From Candidatus Omnitrophota bacterium (GTDB lineage: Bacteria > Omnitrophota > Omnitrophia > Omnitrophales > Aquincolibacteriaceae), in contig JAUYMS010000048.1 of the NCBI GenBank assembly GCA_030698625.1, forward strand, positions 154,404 to 218,403: a stretch of DNA of 64,000 nt, written 5' to 3'. Every line of letters begins with the position of its first letter. The stretch's first letter is position 1. Below the pieces are notes generated by a model. It did no database searches and was not told the DNA's origin. It saw nothing but the letters and a program-made list of their open reading frames with translations. This document shows positions 30,398 to 38,981 of the stretch, piece after piece. A program made the position numbers and the translations under genes.

Positions 30398-31516
30398 ATG
30401 CTGAGTTACATTACAACAGGTGAATCGCACGGAAAACATTTGGCGGTCATTCTCCAGGGAATGCCGAGCGGACTGCCCATGGATCTAAATTACGTTAATG
30501 AGGCCCTTCGATGTCGTCAATCCGGTTACGGCCGTGGCGGACGTCAAAAGATCGAAAAGGACACCGTTGAGATCCTGGGCGGCATTATCAAGGGGAAAAC
30601 GACAGGTGCTCCGATTGGTCTCTTACTGACGAATAGAGATTTTAAGATCGATAGAATGCCGGAACTGACACGGCCGCGTCCCGGCCACGCCGATCTTGTC
30701 GGTGCGTTGAAATACGAGCAGGGAATTCGCGCGGTTCTTGAGCGTTCGAGTGCCCGTGAAACGGCTATGCGCGTTGCAGTCGGTTCAATTTGTGAGTTGT
30801 TACTCAAGGAATTCGGAATGGATGTTGCGAGCCACGTTGTGCGAATTGGCCCCGCGGGGGCCAAAGTTCCGGATATGTCAGTCGCCGAGATACGCCGCAA
30901 GATTCGCAATTCACCCGTCTATTGTGTCTCGCCGAAGGCCAGCAAGGAAATGGTTTCTGTGATCGATAAGGCCCGGCGCAACAAAGACTCGGTTGGAGGC
31001 CAGTTTGAAGTTTGCATCTCAGGCGTGCCTATCGGTCTCGGTACTCACGTTCATCATGAACGCAAGCTTGACGGACGTATCGCGCAGCACGTCATGAGCA
31101 TGCAATCGGTAAAAGCCGTTGAAATAGGTGCGGGTACGCGTTTGGGAGAAGTGTTCGGTTCCGAGGCCCATGACGAGATTTTTTACACAAAAAAACTCGG
31201 TTACTATCACAAGACGAATCGTGCAGGCGGGATTGAGGGAGGTACGTCCAATGGTTCCGATATCGTTGTCCGCGTGACGATGAAGCCGATATCGACACTT
31301 GCGCGGCCCCTCGCATCCGTCGACATGAAGACCAAGCGCGTCGCCAAAGCAGACTTCGAGCGGTCCGATACTTGTGCCGTTCCGGCAGGGAGTTTGATCG
31401 GGCGCACACTGGTCTCTTATGTGATTGCCGACGGGTTTTTGGAGAAATTTGGCGGAGACTCGGTCTCTGAGATTCGCAGAAATCTCCGGAGCTATCTCAA
31501 ACAGTGCCATGCCTGA
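30398..31516 (+). CDS. aroC: Chorismate synthase
   Basis: GESHG, RPGHAD, ERSSARET, AGGIEGG, MKPI, RSD. Confidence 0.96.
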   Translation: MLSYITTGESHGKHLAVILQGMPSGLPMDLNYVNEALRCRQSGYGRGGRQKIEKDTVEILGGIIKGKTTGAPIGLLLTNRDFKIDRMPELTRPRPGHADLVGALKYEQGIRAVLERSSARETAMRVAVGSICELLLKEFGMDVASHVVRIGPAGAKVPDMSVAEIRRKIRNSPVYCVSPKASKEMVSVIDKARRNKDSVGGQFEVCISGVPIGLGTHVHHERKLDGRIAQHVMSMQSVKAVEIGAGTRLGEVFGSEAHDEIFYTKKLGYYHKTNRAGGIEGGTSNGSDIVVRVTMKPISTLARPLASVDMKTKRVAKADFERSDTCAVPAGSLIGRTLVSYVIADGFLEKFGGDSVSEIRRNLRSYLKQCHA

Positions 31517-32012
31517 TAATATTTATCTCATTGGCATGATGGGTGCGGGTAAGACCGTGGCCGGTAAACAGATGGCTAAGCATCTCAAACGGCCTTTTGT
31601 GGATGTGGATAGCGCTATTGAGCAAAGCGAGGGTATGAAGATTCGGGAGATTTTTAAGAAGAAGGGCGAGAAGTACTTTCGTGACGTCGAATCAAGAGTG
31701 CTCGAAGAGATTGCTTCGGGAGAATGCCAAGTTGTCGGAACTGGTGGGGGTATTGTCAGAAGCGAAAAAAATATTGCCTGTATGAAATCCACGGGGAAGG
31801 TCGTGTATCTCGAGGCGTCCTCAGAGGTTTTGTGGAAGAGAGTCCATGGGGACAGAGATCGGCCTTTGGTTCAGAGCGAGAGTGATTTTGAAGAGCTTTT
31901 AGCCGAGCGAAAGCCGGCTTATGAAAGGGCGAGTGCTGTAACCGTTAACTCAGAACAGAGTCTTTCGCAAATGCTCGAGGATATCAAAAAGGGGTTGGCA
32001 GGTACGGCATGA
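31509..32012 (+). CDS. aroK: Shikimate kinase
   Basis: GMMGAGKT, GE..FR, GGG, RPL. Confidence 0.94.
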   Translation: MPDNIYLIGMMGAGKTVAGKQMAKHLKRPFVDVDSAIEQSEGMKIREIFKKKGEKYFRDVESRVLEEIASGECQVVGTGGGIVRSEKNIACMKSTGKVVYLEASSEVLWKRVHGDRDRPLVQSESDFEELLAERKPAYERASAVTVNSEQSLSQMLEDIKKGLAGTA

Positions 32013-33106
32013 AAAAGATTACAGTTCGCAGTTCTCAGGGGGCCTATTCGGTTTATATTGGTCGCGGTATATTGAGTCATACGGGGCGCTATTTGAAGCA
32101 GATGCGCCAGGGTCGCAAGGTGATGGTTGTCACTCAGAAGAAGATTGCGCGATATTACCTGGGTGATCTAAAAAAATCCCTGAGACGGGCCGGCTTTCGG
32201 GTTACCGTAACTCAGGTTCCTGATGGCGAGCGGGCCAAGTCTCGAAACACGCTTTTTAGCCTGTACCACAGCCTCTTGAAGAATGATTTTGAGCGGGATG
32301 ATGTTCTGGTCGCTCTGGGTGGAGGGGTTGTTGGAGATGTAGTGGGTTTTGCTGCATCGAGTTATTTACGCGGTATTCGTTGGGTGAATGTTGCGACAAC
32401 GCTTTTGGCTCAGGTCGACAGTTCTATTGGCGGAAAGACGGGAATTAACCTTGATGAGGGCAAGAATCTAGTCGGAGCATTCTATCCGCCGAAGTTCGTT
32501 ATTTCCGATGTGCGCACCTTAACAACGCTCCCTGACAGGCAGTTGAGGGCCTCACTTGCAGAAGTGGTTAAGTATGGGGTAATACGCGATGCCGCGTTGT
32601 TTCGCTTCCTAGAGCGTCGAGCGGAGGCAGTTCTTCGTCGAGAGCAGTCATCGCTTGAGACTATTGTCCGAGCTTCGGTGCGTATCAAGGCGAATGTTGT
32701 GGAGCGCGACGAATTCGAAAAGAGCGGTGAGCGTATGATCCTTAATTATGGGCACACGATCGGGCATGCGCTTGAGAAGGTGTTGGGATACCAGCGTCTC
32801 GTTCATGGTGAGGCTGTGGCGGTTGGGATGGTGGCCGCAGCCCATCTGGCCGAGAAAATGGGGATGATATCTCGACAGCAGGAACAAAGACAGAATGAAC
32901 TTATTAAAAAGTTAAGGTTGTCGGGGCACCTCAATGGGCGTCGCTTGAAGTGCCGTCACATTGTCGCTGCTATGATGCGGGACAAAAAGAAAAAGGCGGG
33001 CAAGCTTCGATTCGTTCTCCCGCTGAACATTGGGAAAGTTGCCATTCGATCTGACGTGCCCTTGGGTTTGGTCCGAAAGGCCCTGCTCACGGTGGGTGCT
33101 GTCTAA
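32009..33106 (+). CDS. aroB: 3-dehydroquinate synthase
   Basis: GGGVVGD, TTLLAQVDSSIGGK, LNYGHT.GHA, HGEAV, DKK. Confidence 0.96.
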   Translation: MKKITVRSSQGAYSVYIGRGILSHTGRYLKQMRQGRKVMVVTQKKIARYYLGDLKKSLRRAGFRVTVTQVPDGERAKSRNTLFSLYHSLLKNDFERDDVLVALGGGVVGDVVGFAASSYLRGIRWVNVATTLLAQVDSSIGGKTGINLDEGKNLVGAFYPPKFVISDVRTLTTLPDRQLRASLAEVVKYGVIRDAALFRFLERRAEAVLRREQSSLETIVRASVRIKANVVERDEFEKSGERMILNYGHTIGHALEKVLGYQRLVHGEAVAVGMVAAAHLAEKMGMISRQQEQRQNELIKKLRLSGHLNGRRLKCRHIVAAMMRDKKKKAGKLRFVLPLNIGKVAIRSDVPLGLVRKALLTVGAV

Positions 33107-33157
33107 CGGATTGTTCAAGAATAGAGCGAAAAATCTAAGTACAGGGAGTTGAAGGAA

Positions 33158-33268
33158 ATGAAGAGTAAAGGTTTAGCTATGCTTCTTTTGGGCATTACCC
33201 TGGGTTATTGCTTTGTCCAAGGGATTTCCTATGTTTACCAGAATTACCTCTGGGTCTTGTTTTATTAA
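33158..33268 (+). CDS. Putative 36-aa small membrane protein (not in the ORF track)
   Basis: MKSKGLAMLLLGITLGYCFVQGISYVYQNYLWVLFY; purine-rich GGGAG...AAGGA upstream. Confidence 0.5.
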   Translation: MKSKGLAMLLLGITLGYCFVQGISYVYQNYLWVLFY

Positions 33269-33350
33269 ACTAGAGCCTTAAGCTTGTCGTGTAAACACTG
33301 TCCTACCTCGAGAGTATGCGCTTCCTCCTGACGCGTTAGGGAGGAGTACT

Positions 33351-34346
33351 ATGTCTTCTGTCTCACCCGAGGATCTCAAGACACTTGTTGCGCAGAATCA
33401 CTCAAAAAAAATTGGCGGAGCCGGCTTTCACGCAGAGCGCGAAATAGAAAACTGTCATCGGTTGGGCATTAGCCTTATAAGCCGAAGTGATGGGGGCTAT
33501 CCCGCGGCTTTGAAGGTTCTACCCGATGCACCGCCTCTTCTCTACATTCAGGGCGAACTCATCGAGACAGACGCCTATGCTGTGGCCATCGTTGGGTCAC
33601 GAAGGGCGAGTTACTATGGTCTATCGCAGGCCGCGAGATTTGCGCGAAGCCTGGCCGACTGCGGTTTGACGATTGTGTCCGGCATGGCAATGGGCGTTGA
33701 TCAGGAAGCCCATCGGCACGCGCTTAATGCGGAAAGCGGCAGGACTATAGGGGTTTTAGGTTGCGGACTTGACATTGACTATCCGCAAGGCAGCGGCGAC
33801 CTCCGCCGACGCATTGCGAGGTGCGGAGCTGTGATCTCTGAATACCCTCTCGGAACATTACCTCTGGCACGCAATTTCCCGCATCGCAATCGCACGATTG
33901 CAGGATTGAGCCAGGGCACACTCGTTATTGAAGCAAATCGGCGGAGTGGTTCCCTAATTACAGCAAGGCTGGCTTTGGATTACGGGCGTGACGTTTTTGC
34001 TCTGCCAGGACGAGCCGATCAAGCTAGCATGCAGGGAAATCATCAACTGATCAAAGAGGGCGCTTATCTAACCGACTGTCCAGAGGATATCCTCTCGATT
34101 TTAAAGCCAGTTCTTGCCCGCGTGCGGGAAATTACGCCGGCTGAGTCTTCCATATATGGGAGTAATCCGGCGCAGCTATGCGAAGAGCCCTCGGTGGTGA
34201 GCATACTGAGGCAGGGGGACCTCACCTATGACGAGATTCTGCAGGGGACGAACCTGGACGGCGCGTCATTAGGGACGTTGCTTCTGGCCCTGGAGCTCCA
34301 GGGGAAGGTGCGGAAGGGGAGGGACGGACGATACAGGCTGGAATAG
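33351..34346 (+). CDS. dprA: DNA processing protein DprA
   Basis: YP..L..., AIVGSR, VSG.A.G.D, SEYP, FP.RNR, SGSLITA, C-terminal wHTH. Confidence 0.94.
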   Translation: MSSVSPEDLKTLVAQNHSKKIGGAGFHAEREIENCHRLGISLISRSDGGYPAALKVLPDAPPLLYIQGELIETDAYAVAIVGSRRASYYGLSQAARFARSLADCGLTIVSGMAMGVDQEAHRHALNAESGRTIGVLGCGLDIDYPQGSGDLRRRIARCGAVISEYPLGTLPLARNFPHRNRTIAGLSQGTLVIEANRRSGSLITARLALDYGRDVFALPGRADQASMQGNHQLIKEGAYLTDCPEDILSILKPVLARVREITPAESSIYGSNPAQLCEEPSVVSILRQGDLTYDEILQGTNLDGASLGTLLLALELQGKVRKGRDGRYRLE

Positions 34347-34364
34347 GGTTTTTCTTAAAGTTAC

Positions 34365-34393
34365 TTGCGAGGCACGCCGTTACCAGTTATAGT
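34365..34393 (+). promoter_or_regulatory. sigma70 promoter of the RDD gene
   Basis: TTGCGA-N17-TATAGT. Confidence 0.55.
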
Positions 34394-34444
34394 AATTTAT
34401 AGTATTCTTATCTCTAAAACCCTATTGTGGAAAGGAGTTCTTCT

Positions 34445-34864
34445 ATGGAACCAGTGAGCGGAGAGTCGGTGAGTGGAGCGCCAGCCGTCGCGCCAAAAGG
34501 TCGTCGATTTGCGGCAGGTGTCATTGACTTGATTATAATCCCGATACTCTTGGGGATCGTCATCGGTCTTCTCCTGCTGAACGTTCCCGACGGGGTTCGC
34601 AGCGTGATCCTAGTGGTAGTGAATATTGGATGGTTGATTTTTCGCGATGCAGTCTATTCCCCCGGAAGGGCTATGGTCGGCTTGAAACTGGTCAGCTTGT
34701 CGGGAGAAAAGCCCACTACCGGGCAGGCCTTTTTGCGGAATGTCCTTCTAATCATTCCCTTTGTGTTAGTGGTGGGGTACATCGTCGAGATTGTCTCTCT
34801 CTTGTCAAAAGGAGAGCGCGTTGCCGACGGTTGGGCAAAGACCCGAGTCGTTTCAGCCACGTAG
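34445..34864 (+). CDS. RDD family membrane protein
   Basis: RR..A..ID, SPG...VGL, R..D..A.T.V; AAGGAG RBS. Confidence 0.85.
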   Translation: MEPVSGESVSGAPAVAPKGRRFAAGVIDLIIIPILLGIVIGLLLLNVPDGVRSVILVVVNIGWLIFRDAVYSPGRAMVGLKLVSLSGEKPTTGQAFLRNVLLIIPFVLVVGYIVEIVSLLSKGERVADGWAKTRVVSAT

Positions 34865-34980
34865 CTTTCTTGTAAATTCTTACCAGCCAATCTGATACGT
34901 CTTCATTTCACTCTGTGCTGAGAATCTGCAGGGCTCTGCTTATGCCCGGAAGCCCATCATTTTCACTTCTTGGATATCTG

Positions 34981-35009
34981 TTGATTCGTGCCCAATTCGG
35001 TGTTACGCT
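34981..35009 (+). promoter_or_regulatory. sigma70 promoter (leaderless start at ATG 35016)
   Basis: TTGATT-N17-TACGCT with extended TG; ATG 6 nt after the -10. Confidence 0.55.
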
Positions 35010-35015
35010 TTTTTA

Positions 35016-35426
35016 ATGAGGAAAAAAACGCCGAAAAAAAAGCATAATACAAAAAGGACCCGAGCGGCCAAGAGGAAATCAAGAGTTATCCCCTCTGATA
35101 GCCTTGAGATGCATGAATATCTGACCAAGATTCAGGAGGAGATTGATCGTCTCACTGACCTTTCAGACAAGAGCGAGGAAAGGTTGCAGGACATTGAGAT
35201 TCACATTAACCTTCTAACTCGTTTGATTACAACTCTTTGTGTTGAAAAGTTCGGCATGCGAGTCGGGGTTTTGAAGCGCCTCATTAAGAGGGTCGAGAAA
35301 GAGGCCATCCGAGACTCACAGATTTTGCATTTGGAATCCATCTACAGCCTCCCCGTACGATCAGACAAGAAGCGCCAACCCTGGAATCCTCCCCGCCGCG
35401 AAGATCCTTGGGATGACATAGCGTAA
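35016..35426 (+). CDS. Hypothetical coiled-coil protein with basic N-terminal tail
   Basis: 136-aa ORF, Lys/Arg-rich N-terminus, heptad-like central helix, own promoter. Confidence 0.7.
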   Translation: MRKKTPKKKHNTKRTRAAKRKSRVIPSDSLEMHEYLTKIQEEIDRLTDLSDKSEERLQDIEIHINLLTRLITTLCVEKFGMRVGVLKRLIKRVEKEAIRDSQILHLESIYSLPVRSDKKRQPWNPPRREDPWDDIA

Positions 35427-35449
35427 GCTATTGTTGTGAATCGAGTTAC
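35423..35449. promoter_or_regulatory. Recurrent upstream motif, copy 2
   Basis: GT-AAGCTATTGTTGTGAATCGAGTT-AC. Confidence 0.45.
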
Positions 35450-35480
35450 AATTTTAAATCCCTACGTCCTATAATCAAAG

Positions 35481-35509
35481 TTTACAATTCCCGCCGTATT
35501 GCTTACAAT
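35481..35509 (+). promoter_or_regulatory. sigma70 promoter of the thiS::topA-xerC operon
   Basis: TTTACA-N17-TACAAT. Confidence 0.65.
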
Positions 35510-35588
35510 GGCTCCCTTAATATGCGAATTAAGGCGAAAAATGACTTGAGATAGCGACTTATCACGCCGATTTTGGAACTAGGTGGTT

Positions 35589-38048
35589 ATGAAAATTTAT
35601 GTGAATGGCGAGGAGCGCGGTGTTACCCAGACGGTTACCATCAGTGAGCTTCTTGAAAATTTTGGGATTAAGGCCACGGCGGTCGTCATTGAGCGCAATG
35701 GGGAAGTCGTATCCCGCGATGATATTACTCGAACGGTTCTAGCTGACGGTGATCGGATTGAAATCGTACAATTTGTCGGAGGTGGCTCCATGAATGATGA
35801 CGACACCACACCTCCGGAGGTGTCTCCCGAACCGCAGGTAGCAACCGAGCCAGAAAAGCCCGCCAAAAAGGTCGCTAAAAAGAAAAGCACCGTTAAGAAA
35901 AAAAAGGCCCCTAAAAAGACTGACAAGAAGTCTGCTAAGAAGTCACCGGCCCTCAAGGGACCCAAGAATCTCGTAATCGTAGAATCACCTGCTAAGGCAA
36001 AGACGATCAACAAATTTTTGGGTAATGATTTCGTCGTTGAGGCCTCTATGGGGCATGTCCGTGACTTACCCAAGAGTAAGATGGGCGTTGATCTCGAGAA
36101 GGGTGATTTTGAACCCCACTACATTGTTATTCGCAAAGCCTCAAAGACGGTTAAGCATCTCAAAAAAGTCGCGAAATACGCTGAAACCATCTATCTTGCT
36201 CCGGATCCTGACCGCGAGGGAGAAGCTATAAGTTGGCATTTAGAACATATCTTTCGTGAGCTTAACGCCGAAACGCAAATACGCCGCGTCGCCTTCAATG
36301 AAATCACCAAGGATGCTATCCTCGAGGCCTTTCAGCATCCCCGCGAGATCGCCATGAATCTCGTTGATGCTCAACAGGCACGAAGGATTCTTGACCGAAT
36401 TGTCGGTTATGAGTTGAGTCCGCTTCTGTGGAAAAAAATCGGTCGAGGGTTAAGCGCGGGTAGAGTGCAGTCGGTGGCATTACGAGTGATCGTAGATCGC
36501 GAGCGCGAAATCAAGAAATTTGTAGCACAGGAATACTGGTCATTAGTGGCGAAACTCCTGAGTTCGAGAGCCGAAAATGCAGACAAGCCGTTTACGTCCA
36601 AACTCGAAAAAATTGGTGAGGAAAAGGCAGATCTTAAAAACAGGGCTCAGACTGCGGAAATCCGAGATGAAATCCTGAAGTCAACTTTTAAAGTCGAGAA
36701 GGTGGATAAACGTGAACGCCGCCGACGTCCCCAAGCCCCTTTCACGACGAGTAAACTTCAGCAGGAAGGCTACAACCGGTTGCGTTTTCCGGCTGCCAAG
36801 ACCATGAGAGTTGCTCAAAAGCTGTATGAGGGCGTGGAACTGGCCGACAAGGAAACCACCGGTCTGATTACCTATATGCGTACCGACTCCGTCAACATTG
36901 CTCCGAGTGCGCAACAAGATGCGGCTGAGTATATTCGGGGCCGTTTTGGCGATAAGTTTCTACCGGAGAAGCCTCCGACGTATCGTTCCAAGAAAGGCGC
37001 CCAGGAGGCTCACGAAGCAATTCGGCCGACTTCTATTCGCCGTGATCCGCAGAGCATGAAGAGTTTTCTGGCGGACGATGAATACAAGCTCTATGAACTG
37101 ATCTGGGGCAAATTTGTGGCGTCGCAGATGACTCCTGCAATTGACGAACTCATTTCGATTTCTATCCTCGCCGGGGACAAATATTACTTCAAGACAACCG
37201 GGCAACGAAATCTTTTCCCTGGCTTCACGGTGGCCTATGGCACTGCGAAGGCGGAAAAGAGTGAGAAGCAGAATGCCGAGGGCGAAGATACTGACGATGA
37301 TGACAAGGATCTTCCCGTCTTAGAGGTCGGAGAAATTTTGGAGCTCAAGGAACTGATGGGGTACCAGCATTTTACGAAGCCGCCAAGTCGGTACAATGAC
37401 GCAAGTTTGGTTAAGACGCTCGAAGAAGACGGCATCGGTCGTCCTAGTACCTATGCGCCGATCATCTATACCCTCCTTTCGCGAGAGTATGTCAATCGTA
37501 AGGGTGGGGCGCTAATCCCCACTGACTTGGGTGAAACGGTTGTTGATTCCTTGGTGGAATACTTCCCCAATGTCGTCAATGTGGAGTTTACCGCAGGCAT
37601 GGAAGAAAAGTTGGATAAAGTCGAAGACGGTGCCCTGAAATGGATTGATGTGATCCGTGAATTCTATGGGCCCTTTCAGACATTGCTCGTGAAGGCCCGT
37701 GAGGATATGAAGAACATTCGCCGTGAGGTGATTCCTACCGACCGCACCTGTGATTTGTGCGAGAAGCCCATGGTTATTCGCATGGGGCGTTTTGGGAGGT
37801 TCATGGCGTGCTCCGGGTTCCCGGAGTGTAAATACACGCGCTCCATTCCTACGGGGTTCTATTGTACCGAAGAGGGGTGCGGTGGCGAGCTCGTCAAGCG
37901 CCGCTCAAAGAACCGCCGCACTTTTTACGGCTGCTCCAAATATCCCACGTGTACTTATATTGTCAATAAGCTTCCGAAGAAAGAAGGAGAGGAGGATATG
38001 GACGACGGGCAGGTCTCTGAGCCTGCGCGGGAGACATTAGGGCCCTAA
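35589..38048 (+). CDS. topA: DNA topoisomerase I (type IA) with in-frame N-terminal ThiS-like beta-grasp domain and Lys-rich linker
   Basis: ThiS: VNGE...ERNG...GDRIEIVQFVGGG (35589-35786); TopA: IVESPAK, DPDREGE, SAGRVQ, ITYMRTDS, zinc ribbons; no stop between them. Confidence 0.93.
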   Translation: MKIYVNGEERGVTQTVTISELLENFGIKATAVVIERNGEVVSRDDITRTVLADGDRIEIVQFVGGGSMNDDDTTPPEVSPEPQVATEPEKPAKKVAKKKSTVKKKKAPKKTDKKSAKKSPALKGPKNLVIVESPAKAKTINKFLGNDFVVEASMGHVRDLPKSKMGVDLEKGDFEPHYIVIRKASKTVKHLKKVAKYAETIYLAPDPDREGEAISWHLEHIFRELNAETQIRRVAFNEITKDAILEAFQHPREIAMNLVDAQQARRILDRIVGYELSPLLWKKIGRGLSAGRVQSVALRVIVDREREIKKFVAQEYWSLVAKLLSSRAENADKPFTSKLEKIGEEKADLKNRAQTAEIRDEILKSTFKVEKVDKRERRRRPQAPFTTSKLQQEGYNRLRFPAAKTMRVAQKLYEGVELADKETTGLITYMRTDSVNIAPSAQQDAAEYIRGRFGDKFLPEKPPTYRSKKGAQEAHEAIRPTSIRRDPQSMKSFLADDEYKLYELIWGKFVASQMTPAIDELISISILAGDKYYFKTTGQRNLFPGFTVAYGTAKAEKSEKQNAEGEDTDDDDKDLPVLEVGEILELKELMGYQHFTKPPSRYNDASLVKTLEEDGIGRPSTYAPIIYTLLSREYVNRKGGALIPTDLGETVVDSLVEYFPNVVNVEFTAGMEEKLDKVEDGALKWIDVIREFYGPFQTLLVKAREDMKNIRREVIPTDRTCDLCEKPMVIRMGRFGRFMACSGFPECKYTRSIPTGFYCTEEGCGGELVKRRSKNRRTFYGCSKYPTCTYIVNKLPKKEGEEDMDDGQVSEPARETLGP

Positions 38049-38927
38049 ATGGATAAAGAAATACGCAGTTTTCTCGATTTTTTGCAGACGGAAAAGCATG
38101 CCTCCGAGCACACGATCAAAAACTACAGTGTTGATCTTCGTGAGTTCGTTCGATCGGCCGGCACGAAGAAAGCCAGCGAAATCCGTTACCTCGACATACG
38201 CTCCTTTTTGGCTTACCTGAAAACAAAGAACTACACGAAAAGCTCTATATCCAGAAAATTGGCATGTCTGCGTTCTTTTTTTAAGTATTTAACGAGAGAA
38301 AAAGTCATTGATGCGAACCCTGCCAGCGATGTTGCTACTCCGAAGAGGGAGCGGCGGTTGCCGAGACTTCTTAATAGCGAGGAAGTATGTCATTTGCTGG
38401 AAGCACCATCGAAAAACACTTGGGAGGAAAAAAGAGACAGGGCTATTCTCGAAATGCTGTACAGTTCCGGCCTGCGAGTCAGTGAGTTGGTGGGACTCAA
38501 TAATGAGGACATTGATATGTTTAGTGGATTAGTACGAGTCCGCGGTAAAGGAAAGAAAGAGAGGATCGTTCCCGTAGGAAAGGTTGCGCTGAAAACGCTC
38601 AAGGATTACATGCGTCATAAGCCTCCTCGGGATCAAGGTCATAGTCTCAGGGTTCCGATTTATTTCAACCGTTTTGGCGGGCGAATAACGGATCGAAGTG
38701 TGCGGCGCATGATTATAAAATATGTACGGCGTATTGCTTTGAACAAGGGCGTTTCTCCGCACACCCTAAGGCATTCCTTTGCGACGCACATGTTGGACCG
38801 AGGAGCGGACCTTCGAAGTGTTCAGGAGCTTCTGGGGCATGAAAACTTGTCGACGACGCAAATCTATACGCATGTGACAACGAGAAGGTTGAAAGAAGCC
38901 TATGATGCGTCTCATCCCCGGGCCTAG
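38049..38927 (+). CDS. xerC: Tyrosine recombinase XerC
   Basis: R(GLRVSE), GKG.KER, HTLRHSFATH, LGH, TQIYTH; dprA-topA-xerC synteny. Confidence 0.9.
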   Translation: MDKEIRSFLDFLQTEKHASEHTIKNYSVDLREFVRSAGTKKASEIRYLDIRSFLAYLKTKNYTKSSISRKLACLRSFFKYLTREKVIDANPASDVATPKRERRLPRLLNSEEVCHLLEAPSKNTWEEKRDRAILEMLYSSGLRVSELVGLNNEDIDMFSGLVRVRGKGKKERIVPVGKVALKTLKDYMRHKPPRDQGHSLRVPIYFNRFGGRITDRSVRRMIIKYVRRIALNKGVSPHTLRHSFATHMLDRGADLRSVQELLGHENLSTTQIYTHVTTRRLKEAYDASHPRA

Positions 38928-38981
38928 TCGGTAATATCTCCAGCGGTTTCGAGTCCCTGTCTCATAAAGCGATAAATTATC

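Noticed and set aside
33121-33160. Fourth copy of the recurrent 23-bp motif
   Set aside because: Only a half-site similarity, on the minus strand
38049-38927. Integrase of a mobile element
   Set aside because: Standard dprA-topA-xerC synteny; no att repeats, tRNA or cargo genes
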